From Patescibacteria group bacterium (GTDB lineage Bacteria; Patescibacteriota; Microgenomatia; UBA1400; PJMF01): a DNA stretch of 64,000 bases. The notes beneath the pieces are model-generated. The model ran no database searches. It saw only the letters and a list, made by a program, of their open reading frames with translations, and was not told where the DNA came from. The stretch covers positions 3,955 through 67,954 of the forward strand of contig JBDTME010000007.1 in assembly GCA_039934415.1 (NCBI GenBank). The letters are read 5' to 3'. Made by a program: the position numbers and the translations under genes. Positions 57,731 through 64,000 of the stretch are shown one piece after another (within the stretch, counting starts at the first letter, position 1; each line of letters starts with the position of its first letter).

Positions 57731-58246
57731 CTATCTGAGCACGACTATTTTTCTTTGCACTTTGAAGTATTCAGTCAGCGTCACTATAAACATCGTGAGA
57801 CTCAAAACAGCGCTAAACATACAATAGAGACAAATCGCATGGATGACAGCGAGTTGAAGATAGACCAAGTATAGAGACATGAGGACTGCCGAACTCGTTG
57901 CAGCAGCTTGTCCATAAAATAACAATTTTTCTATTGTTAAGGCTCGTGGACGCGCGTATCTCTCTACGATCTTCCATAACACTTCTTTAAATGTCAGCTC
58001 TTTTTCAACAAAAAGTCGAACTAAACTTAACCCGAGCATACTACTGTAAAAAGCCAATCCTAAAACAGATAATGGTAGTTCACCAACCATCGCATACTTA
58101 CTCTTCAATACTTTTCCGCAATCCACCCAGATGGAATTACTACAAGGTGGAACGGCATTGGAATAATGTTCGTAGGTCAAAAAACTGGCGTCGAGAATGC
58201 CCAACGAAGAAATGATTAGAATGGCTATGATGAAATAACGTCTCAT
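57731..58246 (-). CDS. Vitamin K epoxide reductase (VKOR)-family membrane protein
   Basis: The loop Cys pair (PPCSNSIWVDCGKVLKSKYA), the active-site CxxC in a TM helix (AICLYCMFSA), and 4-5 TM helices. Confidence 0.7.
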   Translation of the reverse strand: MRRYFIIAILIISSLGILDASFLTYEHYSNAVPPCSNSIWVDCGKVLKSKYAMVGELPLSVLGLAFYSSMLGLSLVRLFVEKELTFKEVLWKIVERYARPRALTIEKLLFYGQAAATSSAVLMSLYLVYLQLAVIHAICLYCMFSAVLSLTMFIVTLTEYFKVQRKIVVLR

Positions 58247-58314
58247 GATTTGGAGTATAGCGCGAGGATGATTGAGTGGCCAGTAGCCGCTTTTCCAGCT
58301 ATAATTGGCAGACT

Positions 58315-58869
58315 ATGGAATTCAAAAACACTCCTCTTTCTGGTGTACTCATTATTCAGCCTGACATTTTTGGTGACGAACGTGGTTATTTTTATGAGAC
58401 GTATCATAAAGTGAAATTTGTTGAGCACGGAATCACTGAAGAATTTATCCAGGATAATCAAAGTTTTTCTGAAAAAGGAATTGTTCGAGGTTTACACTTT
58501 CAAAAACCACCAACTTCACAATCGAAGCTCGTCAGAGTTATTTCCGGTGAAGTCTATGACGTCGCAGTAGATTTACGCCCGACTTCTCCAACTTTTGGGA
58601 ATTGGTTTGGCATTTATTTGTCTGGAGAAAATAAAACCATGTTGTATGTTCCAGTTGGCTTTGCTCATGGATTTTGTGTCACTTCAGAAACTGCGATTTT
58701 TTGTTACAAATGTGGCGAGCTCTATTCTAAAGACGATGAAAGCGGTATTCGGTTCGATGATCCAGATCTCAACATTGATTGGCCAGTCAAACCAGAAGAC
58801 GTAAAATTATCAGACAAAGATGCAGTTCTGAAAACGTTTGCTGAAATAAAAGGTGAATTAGCCTGGTAG
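58315..58869 (+). CDS. rfbC: dTDP-4-dehydrorhamnose 3,5-epimerase
   Basis: MEFKNTPLSGVLIIQPDIFGDERGYFYETY...RGLHFQ...SKLVRVISGEVYDVAVDLR is the RmlC cupin signature. The start is set to ATG 58315; the ORF track uses an upstream GTG. Confidence 0.85.
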   Translation: MEFKNTPLSGVLIIQPDIFGDERGYFYETYHKVKFVEHGITEEFIQDNQSFSEKGIVRGLHFQKPPTSQSKLVRVISGEVYDVAVDLRPTSPTFGNWFGIYLSGENKTMLYVPVGFAHGFCVTSETAIFCYKCGELYSKDDESGIRFDDPDLNIDWPVKPEDVKLSDKDAVLKTFAEIKGELAW

Positions 58870-58881
58870 AGTACCAAAACC

Positions 58882-60432
58882 CTACTCGCGTTTTATTGCC
58901 ACATCGTACATCGCTTTTGCTTGTTCGTAACTCACAACCCAACCAGTTTGGCGAACGCTTTTGTATACGGCTGTGCGGAAAAAATCACCAGTTGAGTCAT
59001 AAACTTCTGGATAACCTCGATATCGCTTGATGTTAAAGGTATATGCATCGAGTTGATTTTTTGCTTGATCGAGATACTTTTGATCACCAGTTGTTTGCCC
59101 CAATCGAACTAACAATTTAATGTATTCCTGTCCCCAATTACTCCAAATTGCGGTCGTACCATACGTGGGTGCCACCAAACGCACTAATCCCACCACTTCA
59201 GACTTACGAAGATCTGCCTGATATCTCAACCCAAAAGGCTGATCTATTTCATTGCGCTGGATATACTCGACAGATCGAACGAAATAATACCTTTCTTCTG
59301 GAATTGCCGGATCCAAAAAGCCAGTCATCTGAACAATTAACCAATCTGAAGAGTAGGCATGTTGTTGCTGAGACACTGTACTTAAATCTTCCAAAAACAC
59401 GCCAGTGGTATCGTCCCAAAAAGCTCTGATTATCTTTTTTTTCAACTCTGTGAGAAAGAGTTCATCTTTCTGAATGAGCCCTAACTCTTGAGCAAGTTGC
59501 TGGGTTCGCCAAAAAATAACATTGTCATAAAAAGCACTTTCGCGATGCGTTACATCCTTAGTCCCTGACAAAGTAATATCCCTACGAATAAGTCCAGTTT
59601 GTGGGTTGTAGACTTCGGCGACATAGTTCTGGAATTGACGAATTAAGCTTGTTTTGTGTTGCGCCAAGAGTTGTGCTGCTTGGTTGTTTGTTTGTAACGC
59701 AAATGACGCTTCGACGTTGGATGGATATGGATACAATCGCTCAATCGTCGTTTCATCCTCAATCATTTTTAAACCATACAGCAAGCTATATAACGTGTCT
59801 GATGGGGTTGCGTAAAAATTTAATAAGACAACAGAGCGTGGTGCGACCGGCACAATCGTCGTAGAGAGACGATCAGAGTTCTCATAGACTTGAAGTGCAT
59901 ATGCTTCCGTTTTTAAATACAGCAGCTGCCGGTCTTTCCAGTCTTGCTCATCTAAGGCAGTACGAGGATCCATGAGTGAGTGGTAAAAAATCCCCAATGA
60001 CCGAGGATATAACATACTAAAATGATCACCTGAGATTAAGAATGGTTGGGCTGGGTTGAATCGAAGTTGATGAATAGCTTTGATGATCTCTTCGACACTC
60101 CCCGACTTGGCTTTTGGACCACCAACGTAGCGACTGTTGAGAATATGCCACCCAGTTTTAATGAGCGCTAACTGTTTGAAAAAAGCGTCATGTTTGACAA
60201 AAGTTGAGGCATCGTCCTCAAGCACAAACTGACCATCTTTATAATCAACTGCATGAAACGGGTCGACAATCAAAGAAAAACGCACAAACGGATTCGTAAA
60301 ATAGGAAAAAACGGCCACACAGATGAGTAAAACGAACAATACTTTCAGTACTCTTCTTTTGATACGTCGTTTTGTTTTGAGCTTATGAAACAGCCGATGA
60401 ATCGTTGGTGGCAAGTTGGGCATCTCGGGCAC
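58882..60432 (-). CDS. Hypothetical membrane-anchored protein (possibly an (alpha/alpha)6-barrel glycosidase-like domain)
   Basis: 516 aa with an N-terminal basic segment and one TM, then a large helical domain rich in Trp/Tyr/Asp (DWLIVQMTGFLDP..., WSNWGQEYIKLL). The fold assignment is a guess; there is no diagnostic motif. Confidence 0.45.
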   Translation of the reverse strand: MPEMPNLPPTIHRLFHKLKTKRRIKRRVLKVLFVLLICVAVFSYFTNPFVRFSLIVDPFHAVDYKDGQFVLEDDASTFVKHDAFFKQLALIKTGWHILNSRYVGGPKAKSGSVEEIIKAIHQLRFNPAQPFLISGDHFSMLYPRSLGIFYHSLMDPRTALDEQDWKDRQLLYLKTEAYALQVYENSDRLSTTIVPVAPRSVVLLNFYATPSDTLYSLLYGLKMIEDETTIERLYPYPSNVEASFALQTNNQAAQLLAQHKTSLIRQFQNYVAEVYNPQTGLIRRDITLSGTKDVTHRESAFYDNVIFWRTQQLAQELGLIQKDELFLTELKKKIIRAFWDDTTGVFLEDLSTVSQQQHAYSSDWLIVQMTGFLDPAIPEERYYFVRSVEYIQRNEIDQPFGLRYQADLRKSEVVGLVRLVAPTYGTTAIWSNWGQEYIKLLVRLGQTTGDQKYLDQAKNQLDAYTFNIKRYRGYPEVYDSTGDFFRTAVYKSVRQTGWVVSYEQAKAMYDVAIKRE

Positions 60433-60449
60433 TCTCGATCTGAACAGTG

Positions 60450-61130
60450 TTAAGCTGCCTTACTCACGGAAGACTTGTGGTCCAATAAGTATTGATACGT
60501 CAGCATCCCACCTAAGCCAACCACTGTAGCAGCAATCAGTCCTGGAATTACAAATGCAATCATCCCCACCAAGACCAAGAAGCAACTTACAATTCCATAT
60601 AAGAAAAGCGTGAGCTTGCGACCTTCAGTCATTTGGCCACTCATCACGAACGCTTCTGACCCTGCTGCTTTACCATCTGCAACCAATATCAAAACGTATG
60701 CATATTTAAAAGAAAAGTAGATACCAGGAATGATAAACGCAATCATGCCCAAAAAGATCACGAGCATAAAACGGAGATACATGATCAAAAATGGCACAAA
60801 CTCTGATGCATTATCAAAGATTTTGGCAATCTCTGGTTTTTGACCACGAATAAACGCCAACATGTATTTTATAGAGCCCAGTCCGACGTAGACATTCCAC
60901 ACTGATAGAACAAGGCGTAAAAGAGATAAGAGAGGTCCTCGGGAAAGCACTCTATTTACCAACATCATAGGAACTTGGACTGCCAATAGGTACACAATTA
61001 TAAAGATAGCCAGTTCTTTCCAATTGTCTTTAAATACATGCCATGAGGTACTTAAAATCTCAGAAATCGAAAATTCCTTTAAAGTAAATTTTTGTGCTGT
61101 TGTTGTACTTGCCATAATTTTTTTCCTCAA
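60450..61130 (-). CDS. Hypothetical polytopic membrane protein
   Basis: 226 aa with 5-6 TM helices. It loosely resembles DUF975/GlpM-like membrane proteins, but this is unverified. Confidence 0.5.
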   Translation of the reverse strand: MRKKIMASTTTAQKFTLKEFSISEILSTSWHVFKDNWKELAIFIIVYLLAVQVPMMLVNRVLSRGPLLSLLRLVLSVWNVYVGLGSIKYMLAFIRGQKPEIAKIFDNASEFVPFLIMYLRFMLVIFLGMIAFIIPGIYFSFKYAYVLILVADGKAAGSEAFVMSGQMTEGRKLTLFLYGIVSCFLVLVGMIAFVIPGLIAATVVGLGGMLTYQYLLDHKSSVSKAA

Positions 61131-61204
61131 TGATATATTGTCTACTTATTGTACTCGCAAAAAACGACTTGGCAAATGCCTGATGAAAACAGTAGAATGA
61201 GCCA

Positions 61205-61777
61205 ATGGAACAACTCACTCATTACCCACCAATGACACAGCCTGACATTGAGTCAGACTTGAAGGATAAGCCGCCTTCAGGCAAGACTGTAATGAGTGCA
61301 CAGTTTTTGCAATTCTTTGCGATCTTGTTTGGACTTGCACTCATATTCGGGGCTGCCCTCTCATACTTTAAATTACGACTAGATAATGTACCGAAAGACT
61401 ATCAAGCCTGCGTCCAGCGACCAGGCAGTCGATTACAAAAAACCGTTCCTCCTACCTGCATTACTCTAGAAGGTAATTATTTTATCGGTACTTCTACTAT
61501 GCCTGTTCAACCTTCAACTCCTCCATCCATCCTCAGTTCCCCAACTCCGGCGAGTGTGAACGCACTGACATGCATACGCAGTGGTTGTAGCGGCCAACTG
61601 TGTGTTGAAATCAACGCACCTGACCAAATTAGTACCTGCGAGTATCGCGCAGAGTACTCGTGCTATCAGGAGGCACCGTGTGAGAGACAGACTGATGGTC
61701 AATGTGGCTTTACTCCATCTGCGGCGTTTACTGCATGCTTGGTAGAAAAGAAGGCAGCAGGAGTGGGATTGCAGTAA
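61205..61777 (+). CDS. Membrane-anchored Cys-rich secreted protein, hypothetical
   Basis: N-terminal TM (FLQFFAILFGLALIFGAALSYF), a Pro/Ser linker, and a C-terminal roughly 70-aa module with 10 Cys (CIRSGCSGQLCVEINAPDQISTCEYRAEYSCYQEAPCERQTDGQCGFTPSAAFTAC). Confidence 0.5.
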   Translation: MEQLTHYPPMTQPDIESDLKDKPPSGKTVMSAQFLQFFAILFGLALIFGAALSYFKLRLDNVPKDYQACVQRPGSRLQKTVPPTCITLEGNYFIGTSTMPVQPSTPPSILSSPTPASVNALTCIRSGCSGQLCVEINAPDQISTCEYRAEYSCYQEAPCERQTDGQCGFTPSAAFTACLVEKKAAGVGLQ

Positions 61778-61786
61778 AATAGACTG

Positions 61787-62185
61787 CTATTCTTCGATAT
61801 TGATTTTTAAATGCACACTTTCTTCGAGTCTATTTGCTTGCAACCAATTTTCAAAATCAGTTTTTGATTGTTGTTTGTCTTTACCAATGAGTTGAACTGT
61901 CACTTGCTCAATTTGTTTTTGCGGATCACACGAGACGTCGATAAATTTGACTAGATTACGTATCGTTTGCTGAGTTGTAATGTCTTTTTGCTCGGCTTTT
62001 TTAAAAGGGCAACTGGAATAGTACTCTGTCATACTCTGCTGTTCCTGACTTGTGATTCGCAGGCCGTCGTCAGTCTCAGTGGCGGCCAATACGACAATAA
62101 AAAAAACTATGATTAAAATGAATGCAGTTAAAATTACCGCAAATGGTGTTGAGATATTTCTCATTTTCATCATTCGTTCTTTCAT
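61787..62185 (-). CDS. Hypothetical small membrane-anchored protein
   Basis: 132 aa with an N-terminal TM (FAVILTAFILIIVFFIVVLAA) and 2 Cys. Directly downstream of and abutting the CHAP-domain gene (stop/start at 62185/62186). Confidence 0.45.
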   Translation of the reverse strand: MKERMMKMRNISTPFAVILTAFILIIVFFIVVLAATETDDGLRITSQEQQSMTEYYSSCPFKKAEQKDITTQQTIRNLVKFIDVSCDPQKQIEQVTVQLIGKDKQQSKTDFENWLQANRLEESVHLKINIEE

Positions 62186-63253
62186 CTATTCCTTCATCTG
62201 CAGCCAATAATCGGGTACTTTCGACCAACTATCTGAAAGCTTATCTAGCGTTACCACACCTGTTTTAATATCGATACGATACTGATATTCATAAACCAGC
62301 TGACTCGCATTTGAATTCGCGACTAAGATTGTACCGAATTTTTTCTTTGGCTTCCCATCAACACCGAGATTCTTCTTGGCGTCAGTAGCAAGACTATCGA
62401 TCCGCGTCTCCAATACAATCCCGACATGTCCGTACTGATTTTTAGCAGCAGTGGTACTCCAAACTAGTAAATCACCTTCTACTGGAAGCTGTGTTGCTTG
62501 TCCGCTTTGAAATTTTTTGAATTGGCCAGTTGGGCCTGTGTATTTCGCTGCTAATAAATCTGCCGCATTTGTTCTGCCTTGTTTAATTATTGGTTTTCCA
62601 GCCAGCTCATAACTCATAAAAACAAATGTTACACATTGTAGATAATCATTTATTATCCGGTGTTGAAAAAAATCTGAATGTGGCATCCATGTAACAGATT
62701 TCTGATAGATTATCTGCGCTTTGGTTGGGATGTAAGAATCTCGTGGATCGTCACATTGAAATTGAGAATATAAATGATTTGGACCAATTTTGAGCATGCC
62801 AATTAACAACTGAGCTGCAGAACTTTTTGAATAGTTTTTAGCAGAATTATGAACACCATCACACCCATCAGTACTGGATTCTTGGAACTCGTTGGAAAAA
62901 TCGGGCACTTCATTCTCTGTTAGAGCATCCAAAGAAGTGTCCTCGTTTGTCTGCCAAGTCATTCTTTCCTGAGTAATTTTAGTACTCTGATTTTCGACAC
63001 TATTATTGCGAACAGTTTTATCTCTTTCTATCAAATTTTTTGTTGATTTTTGATCATTTTCTGACCCATTTTGAGTACTTCCCTTTGGGACCTTCAACGG
63101 TTCGATTGTGGTAGATGGATTTGGTAACGAGTGGACACTATAGTCGCTGAAAGGATCTAGTTCTTCACTGCCGATGGCACGAACTACACACTGCTGCATG
63201 CATACAAAGACCGAAACAATAAAAATAGTGAAAATGATTCTAAAACTCCTCAC
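62186..63253 (-). CDS. Secreted CHAP-domain protein (putative peptidoglycan amidase/peptidase)
   Basis: Signal peptide (MRSFRIIFTIFIVSVFVCMQQCVVRA), a low-complexity linker, and a C-terminal CHAP domain with the Cys motif (INDYLQCVTFVFMSY) and His motif (NQYGHVGIVLETR). Confidence 0.65.
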   Translation of the reverse strand: MRSFRIIFTIFIVSVFVCMQQCVVRAIGSEELDPFSDYSVHSLPNPSTTIEPLKVPKGSTQNGSENDQKSTKNLIERDKTVRNNSVENQSTKITQERMTWQTNEDTSLDALTENEVPDFSNEFQESSTDGCDGVHNSAKNYSKSSAAQLLIGMLKIGPNHLYSQFQCDDPRDSYIPTKAQIIYQKSVTWMPHSDFFQHRIINDYLQCVTFVFMSYELAGKPIIKQGRTNAADLLAAKYTGPTGQFKKFQSGQATQLPVEGDLLVWSTTAAKNQYGHVGIVLETRIDSLATDAKKNLGVDGKPKKKFGTILVANSNASQLVYEYQYRIDIKTGVVTLDKLSDSWSKVPDYWLQMKE

Positions 63254-63436
63254 TCAGTGAGTGTATTGAACAAAGATGACAAGAAAATGAAATTCTAGTT
63301 ACTAATTACGAGATTCAGAGTTATTGTGCATGTAAATGTATAAAAAAATTCGCATTTTCCTCAAGAAAACAGAATCCTTATTTGCATCCTTACTAAAATG
63401 CGTAATAATGGCTAAATCGAAAAAGGAGCGTTATTT

Positions 63437-64000
63437 TATGACGGTATTTATCACTAATCTTTCCGAAGATGTGTGGGGATTTATTCAATCTATTGATGAT
63501 GAAAAAGAAAGAACATTTGAGATTTTAGAAAATTCATTTTTGTCAGATCGAGACCTGTTCTCTGTCTGTGATATCCCTGACGCGTGTTTTATCAGTCCCC
63601 AACCAATTGACCCCGATTTTTTTCAATATCAAACAGAGCTAACCGGCGCACAAAACATTCAAGCACTTGCCCCTAAAGTCCACACCGGCGAAGTTTGTAT
63701 CGATTGCATTAAAGACAAAACCTTGTTCAAAAAACTAGTGAAACTAGGAAAAACACACGGTGGACTCACTCTCCTACCGTATTCAACTACTGCGCAATTT
63801 TTTGAATTGGTAAAGGCACTGGAAAAAGCTGGAGTGAGTGTGCAAACACCCGACTCCCCACCTAAAGAAGATTTGTGGACAGTCAATTTCTTGGGAAGCA
63901 AAGCTGGCATTCGTCAAATCGTTCAAAAATATCAACATTTAAATCACGACTTAATCATGGCGGATGGGTTGATTTGTTCAGGCATCAATGAGATTGCGCA
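63437..64000 (+). CDS. Hypothetical protein, partial (continues beyond window end)
   Basis: ATG at 63437 is preceded by AAAGGAG (63421-63427). The open frame runs to the window end: MTVFITNLSEDVWGFIQSIDDEKERTFEILENSF... It is not in the ORF track because it is open-ended. An upstream TTGCAT/TAATAAT-like promoter is present. Confidence 0.5.

Noticed and set aside
63659-63910. 83-aa minus-strand ORF near the 3' edge
   Set aside because: It lies antisense inside an SD-driven plus-strand open frame (63437 to the window end) that looks like the real gene.

Overview
This 64 kb window is low-GC, gene-dense bacterial chromosome in the standard genetic code. There are no rRNA or tRNA genes, no CRISPR array and no transposase or integrase. 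The lineage is uncertain: a small-genome, low-GC bacterium, with Firmicutes-like RNA regulation (a T-box leader, a candidate glmS leader) alongside many lineage-specific Cys-rich secreted proteins.

Nearly every gene up to about 48.8 kb is on the minus strand: topA (partial), dprA, mrdA/PBP2, mreD?, mreC, a divergent mreB, rpsR, ssb, rpsF, a Doc/AbrB-type toxin-antitoxin pair, ychF, an MFS transporter, a DEAD-box helicase, a NUDIX hydrolase, a 5-formyl-THF cyclo-ligase, cysS, a P-type ATPase, hpf, recR, ahcY plus a PfkB kinase, ybaB, dnaX, ybeY, rpsU, a DHH phosphoesterase, proS, prs, rseP and frr. A plus-strand block follows (def, fmt, glmS), then mixed-strand genes: rpmB, an M50 protease, a GH5 hydrolase with a dockerin, pyrD, VKOR, rmlC, a CHAP-domain protein, and a partial plus-strand CDS at the 3' edge.

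The most notable signals are RNA-level. A textbook T-box riboswitch sits upstream of proS. Upstream of cysS there is a classical leader-peptide attenuator: a promoter, a 14-codon ORF with tandem Cys codons, mutually exclusive 1:2, 2:3 and 3:4 hairpins, and a U-tract. glmS has a roughly 440-nt structured leader that ends in an intrinsic terminator and carries motifs reminiscent of the glmS ribozyme.

Protein-level points of interest include a 731-aa membrane-anchored Cys-rich repeat protein with a C-terminal papain/C39-like peptidase domain, a divergent MreB with a degenerate phosphate-2 motif, an orphan DUF4258 toxin-like gene, and several small clusters of lineage-specific hypotheticals.

Many ORF-track starts are GTG or TTG extensions. 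Where the sequence supports a downstream ATG (by conserved N-termini, an SD sequence or ATGA coupling) I used that start and say so.
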